64,000 bases of DNA from an uncultured Acidobacteriota bacterium (GCA_963843575.1 CAWJKZ010000021.1:64001-128000), one strand, 5' to 3'. Shown: positions 26,578 through 38,245, numbered from the stretch's first letter. The notes: generated by a model not told the origin, from the sequence alone. Translations and numbers: made by a program.

Positions 26578-28779
26578 TTACCTCCTCAACAGCTGCAGCA
26601 GTCCGCCGGAGCTGTGGACGGCGGTGAGGGCATAGGCCACGCGCGGCAGGTCCGCCCCTTTCGGGTAGATCAGGAAGCGGCCTTCCCATGCGGGGGCGAA
26701 CTTTTTTTTGAACATGAAAAGGTTCTTGTACCCGTAAAAGGCGTTCATGTGCTCGAACAGGAGCGCCACGCCGCGCTCGAGCGTACCCCGGGGTTCGGCG
26801 GAGTTGGCGAGGGGTGCGTTGGCCAGGCTCGCGGTGGCGACGCCGTTCTCCTTCAGGGCGAGGAGCGAGTGGGCGATGAGGATGTCCATTGTCCCGGCCG
26901 GCGCGTCGCGACGCTTGCGCATGAGGTCGAGCACGCAGGCGTTCCCCTGACGGTAGGGGAGCCAGGAGCAGAAAGCCTCGATCCTGGTGCCGATCCGGGC
27001 GACGAACAGCGGCTTGCCGCGAAGGGAATCCAGGGAAAAGCGGCCCAGGGTGAAGCCCAGCTCCCCCATGTGCTTCTCGGAGAGCCACTCCTGGGAGATC
27101 TCCTCGAGCTGCTCGTCGGTCGCGGGCGCTGGCTTGGCCGCGCGATCGTATGGCTCCACTGTCATCCCGGTCTTGAGGGCTTTGTTGACCATCGCGCGCA
27201 CGTTCGCCCGCTTCCCGCCGGAGAGCGAGAACTCCTTCAGATCCAGGACGGCCTCTTCGGCGATCTTCAGGGAGCGGAGTCCCAACGCCTGATAGACGGG
27301 AAGCCGCTCTTCGGCCGCTTCGTAGATGCAGGGCGTCCAGCCGTTCCTGCCGCAATGCTCCAGGAAGTCGCGGACGCCCGTCTCGAAGTCCGCGTCGGGG
27401 ACGAGCGGGTCGCCGCAGGCCAGCGCCACGGCGCCGCGCACCGCGTAGGCCGCCAGTCCGCGGCCGCCGGCCACGAGGAGGTGGTGTTTGTCCTCCTGGA
27501 TCGCGAAGGCCGACAGCGCGTGCCGGCTGTGCTCCCGGAAGATCGTTTCGACGGTCTCGGGCGAGGCCTCGAGCCTGCGGCGCAGAACCACGGGCCGGAG
27601 GAACATCAGGAGAAGGTAGAAGCGCCCCAGCCACCCGGCGATCTGCAGCGATCCGAGGAAGCGGGCCGCCTGGGGCGTCAGAGGGTCGACTTGCGGCTCG
27701 ATCACGAGGATCCCGGAGCGCACGGCCTCGGTCGCCGGCGTCGCTCCGGCGAACCAGGTGAAGTGCTCCCGGCGATGGTTCAGCCCGGTGTGCCCATAGG
27801 TGAATATGGCGAGGGCGAGCAGCGGGGCCATGAACGCCGCGGTCCTCAGCGACGCCGGATCGCTGCGCGCATAGTAGCGGCGCCGATAGACGACGAGGTA
27901 GGCGAGCAGGAGGGATGCCACCAGCGAGTGGTGCAGATCCAGGGCCCTCGTGATGTGTGTCAGGAGGGAAACCGCCAGCGCCGTGACCGCCACGTACCAG
28001 GCCAGCTCCTTGCGCCGGGACAGGTTTCTCATCACCTGGAGCAGGGCGATGCCGGCGAACAGCATCAGGGGCCGGCTGCGCTGGGTGACCTCGAGGGGCA
28101 GCCAGGAATCGACGAAACGCAGCGAGGCGGCCGAACGCGGCCAGATCGCCGACACCAGGTTAATGGCGCCCATCGCCCCGATCAGGACGGGAACGAGCCT
28201 GTGGAGGTCGCCGACGCGCAGGTCCTCCACCCACTCCGCGTGCCGCAGGTGCCGCAGCAGCAGGATCAGCAGGCCCGCGACGAGCAGGCCGCCCACCACC
28301 CAAACCTCGTATTTCTTGATACCGGACAGGACCCTCTCGGCGGCGTGCCCCGAATAGTACCCGATCAGCGCCGTGGGCACGGCCCAGATGGCACCCGCGA
28401 CGAGGTTCAGGAGAAAGAAGCGCAGCGGCGGCATTCTCAGCGCGCCGCACGCGGCCGGTATGATGATCCTGAACCCGAAGGCGTAACGGCTGGCCAGCAG
28501 CAGCCAGTCGGCATAGCGGCCCATGTGAGCCATGAGCCGCTTGTAGCGCGGGTTGTCGCCGAAGCGTCTCTCGAGCCACGCGTAGCCGCGCGTGCGCGCC
28601 AGCCCGTAATAGATCTGGTCCGCGGCGCAGTTGGATGCCACGGCGACCAGGATCACGAGCGGCAAGTGCAGGATGCCGCGGTGGGCCAGGAAGGCGCCCG
28701 CCAGCAGGAAAGCCTCACCCTCGACCGCCACCCCCACAAACAGCAAGGCGTACCCGTACTTGACGAGCAATGCGTCCAT
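26578..28779 (-). CDS. DedA (VTT) domain fused to aminoacyl-phosphatidylglycerol synthase (LysX-type TM region + DUF2156/LPG_synthase_C)
   Basis: N-term YGYALLFVGVAVEGEAFLLAG...SRYAFGFRIIIP (YohD-like DedA); TM block NLSRRKELAW; C-term ACGDPLV, KIAEEAVLDL..FSLSG, ELGFTLG, LDLMR...GTMD, SLANAPLA, FYGYKNLFMFKKKFAPAWEGRFL. Confidence 0.88.
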   Translation of the reverse strand: MDALLVKYGYALLFVGVAVEGEAFLLAGAFLAHRGILHLPLVILVAVASNCAADQIYYGLARTRGYAWLERRFGDNPRYKRLMAHMGRYADWLLLASRYAFGFRIIIPAACGALRMPPLRFFLLNLVAGAIWAVPTALIGYYSGHAAERVLSGIKKYEVWVVGGLLVAGLLILLLRHLRHAEWVEDLRVGDLHRLVPVLIGAMGAINLVSAIWPRSAASLRFVDSWLPLEVTQRSRPLMLFAGIALLQVMRNLSRRKELAWYVAVTALAVSLLTHITRALDLHHSLVASLLLAYLVVYRRRYYARSDPASLRTAAFMAPLLALAIFTYGHTGLNHRREHFTWFAGATPATEAVRSGILVIEPQVDPLTPQAARFLGSLQIAGWLGRFYLLLMFLRPVVLRRRLEASPETVETIFREHSRHALSAFAIQEDKHHLLVAGGRGLAAYAVRGAVALACGDPLVPDADFETGVRDFLEHCGRNGWTPCIYEAAEERLPVYQALGLRSLKIAEEAVLDLKEFSLSGGKRANVRAMVNKALKTGMTVEPYDRAAKPAPATDEQLEEISQEWLSEKHMGELGFTLGRFSLDSLRGKPLFVARIGTRIEAFCSWLPYRQGNACVLDLMRKRRDAPAGTMDILIAHSLLALKENGVATASLANAPLANSAEPRGTLERGVALLFEHMNAFYGYKNLFMFKKKFAPAWEGRFLIYPKGADLPRVAYALTAVHSSGGLLQLLRR

Positions 28780-28910
28780 CGGCCCCTATTGTATTGCCGG
28801 GCGAGGCCGAGGACGCAGCTAAATTCTGCAAAGTGCTCCGGGTCTCCGTCTTCCGCGTCCGGCCGTCTGCCGATGAGGAGCGCGGGTACGAACAATCCCG
28901 GGAAACAGTG

Positions 28911-28972
28911 AATCTGGAAGTACCTCCGCTGCGGTATGGGCGGGGCGGCGTCGAGCCGCCGCACTCCAGATT
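28911..28972. repeat. REP-like palindrome, TGGAGTGCGG family
   Basis: The - strand reads aatctggagtgcggcggctcgacgccgc...ttccagatt, with terminal IR aatctgga/tccagatt. Confidence 0.55.
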
Positions 28973-30617
28973 AGACGCCGGGGAGGCACAGGCAGGGGGA
29001 TTTGATCCGGATGTCGGCTTGCTTCCAGGCCGCGTCGAATCTCTTTTCGACGGCGGACGCCTCCGGCTCCTTTTTCTGGACCTGCAGCGAGCGCATGAGC
29101 CCGTAGAGCCCCCATCCGTTCTCCGGCTGTCTGGCGAGGTCCTCGCGAAAGACGGCCTCCGCCTCGGCGGATCGGCCCGCCTGTAGGAGCGCGGCGCCGA
29201 GCGCATGACGCACCGGCTGAATCCACGACGGCGGCTCGTCGTATCGGAGCTTGTCCTCGCGTGCGGCCGCTTCGCGCAGGGCGGCGAGGCCTTTTTCCGT
29301 CTCGCCGGAACGGAAGAGGACCTCCCCTCGCATGAAGCTCTCGGCCACGTCGAGGACGTCGGAGCCCGAGTTGTTACCGAAGAACGCGTCCTCCGGCACC
29401 CGGGTGCGCGCCTCGAGGAACGCGGCCTGCTCGCGCAGGGCGGAGGGCAAGTCGTCCTTGGCCGCGTACGCCACGGACCGGGCGTAGTGCTGGAGCGCGC
29501 GTGAGATCGGCACGAAATCCGGGAAAGCGGGTTCGGCCAGGATGTCGTCCCACCTGCCGAAGCGCATCATCACCTCGAGCGGCATGGCCATGAAACCGTC
29601 CGCGAAGGGGTTTTCCCGGAAGAACTCCCGCGGGATGGCCGCGACCATCTCCCTCATCGTCGAGAGCGCGCGGGCGCCCTGGCCCGTCATCATGGCCGCG
29701 TAGGCCAGCATGTGGTGGTTGTGGGCCATGTAGAGGCGGTAGAAACCCTGTTCCGGCACCCGCGCGGTGTACCGGCGGTCGGCGTCGATGGCCTTGGTGT
29801 TTGCTGTGATCGCCTGCTGCCAGCGCCCGCGCCGCACGTCGATGTGAGACGGCATGTGGACCAGGTGCCCCAGGCCGGGTTGCAGGTCGCGCAGCGTGTC
29901 GGCTGCCCGGTCGGCCTTCCCGGGTTGAGGGGAAGCCTCCAGCGCATGGATCACCAGGTGATTGCCCAGCGGGTGCTTCGGATCGATGGCGAGGACGGAT
30001 TCGAGCACCCCGATGAGCTCCCCGGTGCCGGGCTGCGGCTTGCCGTCCGGCGTCCAGAGATCCCACGGTCGAAGATCCGCGAGCGATTCGGCGAAGAGCG
30101 CGCCGACGTCGGGGTCCCCAGGAAACGCTTTCCAGACCTGCCGCATCGCGTCGGCGTAAGCCTTGTCGAGCGCGGCCCTGTCCTTGGGCCGGGGATCCGC
30201 ATAGCGGTGCTCCAGTGCACCGATCAAGGCGCGTTCGATGGCGTTTGCCCGGGGAGCGAGACCCCGAGCCCGGGCGAGGGCCTCCCATGCCTCCCTGGCG
30301 CGGTCATCGGGAACCACCGGGTTGTTGATGTGCGGGCCGTTTGCGATTGAGATGCCCCAGAAAGCCATCGCACACTCCGGGTCGATCTCGCCCGCGTGCC
30401 GGAAAGCACGGATCGCCTCGTCGTGGTTGAAGGCGTACATTAAGGCGAGCCCCTGGTTGAAATAGCGCTGCGCTTCGGGCGAACTGCTGGTGACCTCGCG
30501 CCCGAAACCGCCCAGCCCCTCGAAAAGGGGCGGTGGGCCCACCTCGGCGGCGAACTCGACGCCAAGCGAAACGAGCGACAGAAGAAGAACGGGCAGGGCT
30601 GCGCGCAGTTTTCCCAT
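28971..30617 (-). CDS. Secreted TPR-repeat protein (conserved hypothetical)
   Basis: Signal peptide; AQRYFNQGL..YAFNHDEA; HLVIHALE; GHLVHMPSHI; YMAHNHHML; TPR helices. Confidence 0.8.
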   Translation of the reverse strand: MGKLRAALPVLLLSLVSLGVEFAAEVGPPPLFEGLGGFGREVTSSSPEAQRYFNQGLALMYAFNHDEAIRAFRHAGEIDPECAMAFWGISIANGPHINNPVVPDDRAREAWEALARARGLAPRANAIERALIGALEHRYADPRPKDRAALDKAYADAMRQVWKAFPGDPDVGALFAESLADLRPWDLWTPDGKPQPGTGELIGVLESVLAIDPKHPLGNHLVIHALEASPQPGKADRAADTLRDLQPGLGHLVHMPSHIDVRRGRWQQAITANTKAIDADRRYTARVPEQGFYRLYMAHNHHMLAYAAMMTGQGARALSTMREMVAAIPREFFRENPFADGFMAMPLEVMMRFGRWDDILAEPAFPDFVPISRALQHYARSVAYAAKDDLPSALREQAAFLEARTRVPEDAFFGNNSGSDVLDVAESFMRGEVLFRSGETEKGLAALREAAAREDKLRYDEPPSWIQPVRHALGAALLQAGRSAEAEAVFREDLARQPENGWGLYGLMRSLQVQKKEPEASAVEKRFDAAWKQADIRIKSPCLCLPGV

Positions 30618-30896
30618 GGATGCCTCCGGATTCGGTGATGTCTCACGGACGCCGCGCTCCCCGAGACCGCGGGCGTCTGCTTTCCCCTTCGCGGGATGTT
30701 GACTCCCATCAGGATAACCCGCCGGCCGCGCCGCGACCACCCCCTATCGACGACCGCGATTTCCCGCCGGGGGCGGTCGGCGGTCCCGGTGTGGCCCCCT
30801 TTTCGTTCGATTTTCGTGGTGTCGGCGCCTGCGGTTCTGATCTATGCTCGGCGTCGCGAGGGCGGTTCGACCGATCACCATGATGGGAGGCGGGTC

Positions 30897-32072
30897 ATGA
30901 TTTCCAGACGGGGGGTTCTGAAAGGTGCCGCGCTGACCGCGCTGTCGTACGGACGCGTGCTGGGCGCGAACGAAAAGGTCGGGTTGGGATTGATCGGCGC
31001 GGGCGGTCGCGGCAGGTCGGTCCTCGGCACGTTCCTGCGCAACCCCGAGGTGGACCTCCGGGCCGTATGCGACGTCTACGGCGCGCGCAACGAAGAGGTG
31101 CGGGCCAAGGTTCCCGCGGCAAGGCCTTTCCAACAGCACGAGAAACTGCTCGAGATGAAGGACGTCGACGCCGTGCTGATCGGATCGCCCGACCACTGGC
31201 ACAAAGTCCACGCGGTCGACGCGATGAGTTCCGGGAAGGACGTGTACGTCGAGAAGCCCCTCTGCCGCACGCTCGACGAGGCTCCGGAGATGGTCCGGGC
31301 CGCGCGTCGCCACAACCGGATCTGCCAGGTCGGCGTGCAGCAGCGCTCGGGACCGGTCTACATCGAAGCGCGCGACCGGTTCGTCAGATCGGGCCTCATC
31401 GGCACCGTCAGGTGGGTGGAGTGTGTCTGGAACGACGGTCCGTCGCGGCCATACGCGCCGCCCGCGGGTGGGAAGCCGGCGGACCTCGACTGGGTGCGCT
31501 TCCTCGGCCCTGCGCGCTACCGGGATTGGAACGCGAGGATGTACTTTAACTTTCGCGCCTACCTGGACCTCAACGGCGGGCGCATGACCGATTTCGGCCA
31601 CCACTGGCTCGACGTCGTCCACATGTACCTTGGGGAGAGGGCCCCGGATTCGGCCGTCGCCGCGGGGACGATCTTCGATACGCAGGATGGGAAGGATGCG
31701 CCGGACGTCGTATCGGCGTTGTTCGAGTACCCGGGGTGCACCGTCTCGTTCCAGTCCGCGATCGTGGGCAACCCCCTGCCTTACGGCGTCACCTTTTATG
31801 GCGACAGGGGCAAACTGTACGTCAACCGCAACCGCTACGTGTTCACGCCGGCGGAGAAGGGGGCGGAGCCGGTCCAGCAGGATTTCCCGGGCGACATCAC
31901 CGCCGATCACGTGCGCAATTTCCTCGACTGCTGCGGTTCACGGAAGTTGCCGAACGGCGACGTGGCGCTCGCGGCCGTCTCCATACAGCCGCCGCTGCTA
32001 GCCGTCAAATCGTATCTGGAAAAACGCCGCTTCCGCTTCGACGCCGATCACTCACTGATACTTCCCGAATAG
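30897..32072 (+). CDS. Gfo/Idh/MocA family oxidoreductase with Tat signal
   Basis: ISRRGVL Tat motif; GLIGAGGRG; IGSPDHWH; KDVYVEKP; GGRMTDFGHHWLD. Confidence 0.92.
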   Translation: MISRRGVLKGAALTALSYGRVLGANEKVGLGLIGAGGRGRSVLGTFLRNPEVDLRAVCDVYGARNEEVRAKVPAARPFQQHEKLLEMKDVDAVLIGSPDHWHKVHAVDAMSSGKDVYVEKPLCRTLDEAPEMVRAARRHNRICQVGVQQRSGPVYIEARDRFVRSGLIGTVRWVECVWNDGPSRPYAPPAGGKPADLDWVRFLGPARYRDWNARMYFNFRAYLDLNGGRMTDFGHHWLDVVHMYLGERAPDSAVAAGTIFDTQDGKDAPDVVSALFEYPGCTVSFQSAIVGNPLPYGVTFYGDRGKLYVNRNRYVFTPAEKGAEPVQQDFPGDITADHVRNFLDCCGSRKLPNGDVALAAVSIQPPLLAVKSYLEKRRFRFDADHSLILPE

Positions 32073-32123
32073 GCGCGAGTACGTCCGGGCGACAAAGGGG
32101 TCCGGCAAGAAAGGGAGGGGAGG

Positions 32124-33464
32124 ATGGACATCGAGACGATCCTGCGCGGAACGCTCAAGCCGGCGCTGGGCTGCACGGAGCCGGTGGCCGTGGCGCTGGC
32201 GGTCGCGGCGGCCGCACAGGCCACGGCGGGCTGGACACCGGAACGGCACGGGCTGCCGGTTCGAGGCCTGTCTGAGGACGACGTGGCGTCGGTGCGCCTT
32301 TCGGTCAACAACAACATCTTCAAGAACGCGTTCTCCATCTTCATCCCGAACGCCGGGGGGCACAAGGGGATCAAGATGGCGGCGGCCCTGGGGATCTGGT
32401 GCGACCCGAACGCCGGTCTCTCCCTGTTCCGGGACATCGGCGAGGCGGAAGTCGCGCGGGCGCGCCGCCTCATCCTCGGCGGCAAGGTGTCGATCGACAT
32501 CGTCCCCGCCGATCACACGACCCTGCTTGTCGAGGCCTCCGTCAGACTCGGGGGCGGTCCGGAGGGTCGCGAAGGCGGCGCCCTGATCCGGGACGAGCAC
32601 ACGAACCTGGTCCGGCTCACGCGCGACGGCCTCGAGATCTACCGGCGGATCGAAACGCCCCCTCCGGGGCCGGACTCCGGCGACGGTGCGGACGTGCTGG
32701 CCGGCCTGGGTTTCGCGGACTTGGTGCGCATGGCCGACGACCTCCCGGAATCGGCGCACCCGCTGCTGCTCAGGACGATCGAGTTGAACGTCAAGGCTGC
32801 CGAGACGGGCCTGGAGCAGCCGCTCGGCCTGGGGGTCGGGTACTTCGGTACCCGGCTGCCGCACGACGTCGCCCGCGATTTTTCGAGCAGCGCTGCCGCG
32901 GGAAGCGATGCGCGCATGTCCGGGTACCCGGTGGAGGTGATGAGTTCGGCTGGGTCGGGCAACCAGGGGATCATCGCAACCGTGCCCGTCGTGACGTACT
33001 GCAGGGCAAACGGCGTCGGGGAGCGGCCCATGCTGCAGGCGCTCGCCCTGTCGCACCTCGTGACGATGTACGTGACCTCGCATGTCGGGTACCTCTCGAC
33101 CCTCTGCGGGGTCGCCGTCAAGGCGGGCATCGGCGCGGCCTGCGGCATCACCTACGCCATGGGGGGCCGGGCCGCCGAAATCGGCCTTGCCGTCAAGATC
33201 ATGGCCGCGACGCTCTCCGGTGTCATCTGCGACGGGGCCAAGCTCGGGTGCGCGCTGAAGGTGAGCTCCACTTCCGACATGGCCGCGAAGGCCGCGTCGC
33301 TGGCCGTGAACGGGTTGGATGTTTCGGAAGAGAACGGCATCGTCGGGGACACGCCGGAGAAGACGATCCGCAACCTCGCCCGCCTGAACCAGTCGATGCG
33401 TGCGGTCGAGGACGGGATCGTCCAGATCATGAAAGAAAAGCTCACTTCCCCCGAGGTTCTTTGA
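32124..33464 (+). CDS. L-cysteine desulfidase / Fe-S L-serine dehydratase alpha-like protein (UPF0597, CyuA/YhaM family)
   Basis: KPALGCTEP; NIFKNA; AAAGSDARMSG; VMSSAGSGNQG; LSTLCG; ICDGAKLGCALK. Confidence 0.87.
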   Translation: MDIETILRGTLKPALGCTEPVAVALAVAAAAQATAGWTPERHGLPVRGLSEDDVASVRLSVNNNIFKNAFSIFIPNAGGHKGIKMAAALGIWCDPNAGLSLFRDIGEAEVARARRLILGGKVSIDIVPADHTTLLVEASVRLGGGPEGREGGALIRDEHTNLVRLTRDGLEIYRRIETPPPGPDSGDGADVLAGLGFADLVRMADDLPESAHPLLLRTIELNVKAAETGLEQPLGLGVGYFGTRLPHDVARDFSSSAAAGSDARMSGYPVEVMSSAGSGNQGIIATVPVVTYCRANGVGERPMLQALALSHLVTMYVTSHVGYLSTLCGVAVKAGIGAACGITYAMGGRAAEIGLAVKIMAATLSGVICDGAKLGCALKVSSTSDMAAKAASLAVNGLDVSEENGIVGDTPEKTIRNLARLNQSMRAVEDGIVQIMKEKLTSPEVL

Positions 33465-33600
33465 GCCCCTCACCCTCGCGAATTTCAACACCATGGGTTC
33501 GCCGGCTCACAGGTGTGAAGGGACGGCACAGGGAGCGATGCCGCAAAGAACTGAAGGTCAAAGAGATAGGATTGGCAGGGGAATTGCGGTAGCGCAGGGC

Positions 33601-34863
33601 ATGAAAAACAAAACCTTTCTCGCGATGCTGATCTGGTTTCTCCTCCTGGTGTGGCCGGTTCAGGTGGCGGCCGTGCCACAGGATCCCGATGACAACGTCA
33701 ATTCGCGCTATACGGTGGAGGATGTGCAGCTGCGGGGGGTGGCCGAATCGAAGATCGACCAGGCCCTGCGCGACGACATGCGGAAGCTGGTGGGCGAGAA
33801 ATTCAGCGAGGCGGCGGCCGACGAGATAGCCAGGCGCCTGCGCAAGGATCTGCCCGACTACTCGGTCGAGACCAGGGTCCGGCGCGGAGACCAGGCCGGC
33901 CAGGTCAGGGTGATCTACGAGCTGGAAAGGATCTGGTGGAAGAAGTTCGACGTCGAGGGTTCCCGCGTCGTCTACCACTCCAAGCAGGGGTGGAGCGGGG
34001 CGCTGAGTGCGACCGTCGACACGCACCACAACGCCTTCACCTTCAGCTTCGCGAACAGCGCCGACGAAATCCTGGAGCGGAACGCGGGCATCCGTCTCGG
34101 CTACGAGCACAGGAAGCCGGGCACGGACCGGTTGCGGTTCCGGATGGGTTTCGAAACCTACCACGAAAAGTGGAATCCCGCGACGGAGCTGGCGCTCGCG
34201 GGGGACGGGGACGTGCCCGGGGTCTACCGCGCCCGCCAGGGTTTCAGCCCGCAGATCGCGGTCCTCCCGTGGCGCGACCTGCAGTTGAGCGTGGGTGCCG
34301 ATTTCGAACGGCTTCAGATGCAATATCCCGCCGTCCACACGGACAGCGCCTATTCGGGGACGCTGGCCGCGAGTTACCGGCACCGGTGGGGGGACGCATC
34401 CGGCGTCCGGCAGCGCCTGGGTGCGGATTACTCAGTGCGCAGCGCCACCCGGGTCCTGGACAGCGACTTCGTCTACACGCGCCACGCGCTGACGGCCGAA
34501 TACCGGGTCCGGTACGCGCGCAGCCTCGTCGGCGTGCGTCTGCTCGCGGGCGCCGTCACGGGCCGCGCGCCGCTGTTCGAACGCTTCTCGCTGGGCAACG
34601 CCACGACGCTGCGCGGCTGGAACAAGTTCGACGTCGCGCCGCTCGGGGGGAACCGCGTCGCCCACGCCTCGATCGAGTACGGCTACTCCGGCTTCAGGAT
34701 CTTCTACGACGCCGGGGCGGTGTGGGACTCCGGGAAAGGAGGCCGGACCAGGCACGCGCTCGGTTTCGGCTTCGCGGAGCGTCGCGGCGCGTTCCTGTTC
34801 CTCGGGTTCCCATTGCGCTCGAACCACGTGGCCCCGGTTCTCACCTTCGGCATCGGGTTCTAG
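33601..34863 (+). CDS. Omp85/BamA-TamA-like outer-membrane protein (short N-terminal POTRA-like region)
   Basis: Signal peptide; YTVEDVQLRG (POTRA-like); APLFERFSLG..TLRGW (L6 motif); FYDAGAVW; C-terminal Phe (TFGIGF). Confidence 0.72.
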   Translation: MKNKTFLAMLIWFLLLVWPVQVAAVPQDPDDNVNSRYTVEDVQLRGVAESKIDQALRDDMRKLVGEKFSEAAADEIARRLRKDLPDYSVETRVRRGDQAGQVRVIYELERIWWKKFDVEGSRVVYHSKQGWSGALSATVDTHHNAFTFSFANSADEILERNAGIRLGYEHRKPGTDRLRFRMGFETYHEKWNPATELALAGDGDVPGVYRARQGFSPQIAVLPWRDLQLSVGADFERLQMQYPAVHTDSAYSGTLAASYRHRWGDASGVRQRLGADYSVRSATRVLDSDFVYTRHALTAEYRVRYARSLVGVRLLAGAVTGRAPLFERFSLGNATTLRGWNKFDVAPLGGNRVAHASIEYGYSGFRIFYDAGAVWDSGKGGRTRHALGFGFAERRGAFLFLGFPLRSNHVAPVLTFGIGF

Positions 34864-34873
34864 GGAGGCGCCA

Positions 34874-35500
34874 ATGCGATATCGACGACGACTCCCTGGC
34901 CTGATTTTCCTTCTGCTGGCGCCGTTGCCGCGGCTCGTCGCCCAGACGCTGCAGCCGTACCTGGAAGGGGACCGCGTGCAGGTGGCGGCGCCGCAACTGC
35001 GGTTTCTCTCCGGCCGGGCATTGGAGAGGCTGCGCGATGGCGCAGCGGTGCCGTTCACGCTGCAGCTGACGGCCACGTCCGGCGGGAGGGCCCTCGCGCA
35101 GGCGTCGGGGCGCGTGGTCCTGAGCTTCGACCTGTGGGAGGAGCGCTTCTCCGGCGTGCAGGACGCGCCGAGGCGCTCGGCTTCGCACCTGACTCTCGAC
35201 GCGGCAGAGGCGTGGAGCCTCCAGGCCGTGGCGCTGCCGCTTTCGGCCCTTGCGGGGCAAGAATCGTTCGTACTAAAGTTGGAGATCCGGGCAGAGGAAC
35301 AGGCGGAGCAGGTGGATGCGGAGGCCGGCAACCCGGGCCTCTCCATGGCCGGCCTGATCGAGGTTTTCAGTCGCAAGGCCAAAGAACAGCCGTCGCGCTG
35401 GTCCGCCATTTCGGCCACGGTGCGCGTGCATGACCTCGACCGGAAAAATCCCAGGAACGGAGCTCCTCTTCCACCCTTACTACGCGGCCCAATGATGTGA
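34874..35500 (+). CDS. DUF4390-like periplasmic protein
   Basis: Signal peptide; ALERLRDGAAVPFTLQL...LSFDLWEERF; overlaps the start of the ntrY-like kinase. Confidence 0.55.
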   Translation: MRYRRRLPGLIFLLLAPLPRLVAQTLQPYLEGDRVQVAAPQLRFLSGRALERLRDGAAVPFTLQLTATSGGRALAQASGRVVLSFDLWEERFSGVQDAPRRSASHLTLDAAEAWSLQAVALPLSALAGQESFVLKLEIRAEEQAEQVDAEAGNPGLSMAGLIEVFSRKAKEQPSRWSAISATVRVHDLDRKNPRNGAPLPPLLRGPMM

Positions 35501-36891
35501 ACCGGCTTCGCAACAGGCTCCTACTGGTCTTTCTCGCCGGCACCCTGGTGCCGCTCGGGGCGATGCTCTGGATCACGGCCGCGCTCTTGCAACAGAGCCT
35601 GCGCTACGCCGACACCGGCGCATTGGACAGGCTCTCCAGGCTGTTGGAACAGACCGGCCGCCAGCTCTACCAGGGGGCGCGCGACGATCTAAAGGAGGAG
35701 GTCGCCCGGGGCGCTGTCGCGCCGCAGCGTTTCCCGAGGTCGGCCTCCGCCTCCTGGCCCGAGGCGGTCCGGGAGTTCTGGGACAGCGGCGAGCCGGAGA
35801 GGTTTGCGCTCTCGGGCGCCAAGGGGGATCGCCTGGACTACCTGGTGCGTCGGGACGGGGAGGTGCTGCTCTACCCGCGCCCGCTGGGAAAGATCCGGAT
35901 GGGGCCGCTGTCGGACGAGTACCGGCAGGCGCGCCGGCAGGTGGAAGACCTCCAGCGGCGGGATTTGCGGAAGGGCTTCACCACCACGCTGCTCGTCCTG
36001 AGCGCGTCGGTCTGGGTCCTCTCGCTGGTCGCGCTGGCGTACGTCGCCCACCGGATCAGCCGCCCGATACAGGATCTCACGGAAGGTCTCTCGGAGCTGG
36101 CCGCAGGACGCTACGACACCCGGCTCCGCGCGCAGAGCACGGACGAGGTCGGCCAGGCGGTCCAGGCCTTCAACGATATGGCCGCGCGGCTGGAGCAGAA
36201 CCGGGACCGGTTGGTGTACCTGACTCAGGTCGCCAGCTGGCAGCTCCTCGCCCGGAAGATGGCGCACGAGCTGAAGAACTCCCTGACCCCAATAAGGCTC
36301 ACGGTCGAGGAGATCGTCGCCCGGCAGCCCCACTGCGACCCCGGTTTCCTCCAGCAGGCGGCGCAGGTCGTCATCGAGGAAATTGACACGCTGGAGCGGC
36401 GCGTGCGCGCGTTCTCCGAATTCTCCAGCGAGCCCGCTCCACGACCCGCCGCCATCGACCTCAACGAGGCCGTCGCCGAGCGGGTCGAGTTTCTCAGGGT
36501 GGCGCACCCCGGGGTCGAATACCGTATGGAACTCACGGCCGCGGCGCCGCGGGCCTTCGCAGATCCCGACCACGTCAAGGGCATACTGACGAACCTGCTG
36601 GAGAACGCGGCTGAGGCGCTGCCGCGCGCGGGCGGCGCCGTCCTGATCATAACAGAAGTCCGGGAGGGGAAGACCCGGGCGGAGGTGCACGACTCCGGCC
36701 CGGGGCTCAACGAAGAGGTCCGGCTCTCCCTTTTCGAGCCGACGATCTCGTTCAAGAAACAGGGCATGGGGCTCGGGCTGTCCATCTCGCGCAAGAACGC
36801 GCTGCTGGCCGGCGGCGATCTCGAGGTCATCGAAGGGCAGCTGGGCGGGGCGGCTTTCCGGTTGCTCCTCCCCCTCGCCCAGGACGCGTGA
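35497..36891 (+). CDS. NtrY-like HAMP sensor histidine kinase
   Basis: Two TM helices; HAMP (ISRPIQDL...DEVGQAVQAFNDM); H-box WQLLARKMAHELKNSLTPIRL; NLLENA; DSGPG; GMGLGL. Confidence 0.9.
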   Translation: MNRLRNRLLLVFLAGTLVPLGAMLWITAALLQQSLRYADTGALDRLSRLLEQTGRQLYQGARDDLKEEVARGAVAPQRFPRSASASWPEAVREFWDSGEPERFALSGAKGDRLDYLVRRDGEVLLYPRPLGKIRMGPLSDEYRQARRQVEDLQRRDLRKGFTTTLLVLSASVWVLSLVALAYVAHRISRPIQDLTEGLSELAAGRYDTRLRAQSTDEVGQAVQAFNDMAARLEQNRDRLVYLTQVASWQLLARKMAHELKNSLTPIRLTVEEIVARQPHCDPGFLQQAAQVVIEEIDTLERRVRAFSEFSSEPAPRPAAIDLNEAVAERVEFLRVAHPGVEYRMELTAAAPRAFADPDHVKGILTNLLENAAEALPRAGGAVLIITEVREGKTRAEVHDSGPGLNEEVRLSLFEPTISFKKQGMGLGLSISRKNALLAGGDLEVIEGQLGGAAFRLLLPLAQDA

Positions 36892-36894
36892 TAC

Positions 36895-38232
<1,338 letters not shown>

Positions 38233-38245
38233 GCGGCGCTGCAGA

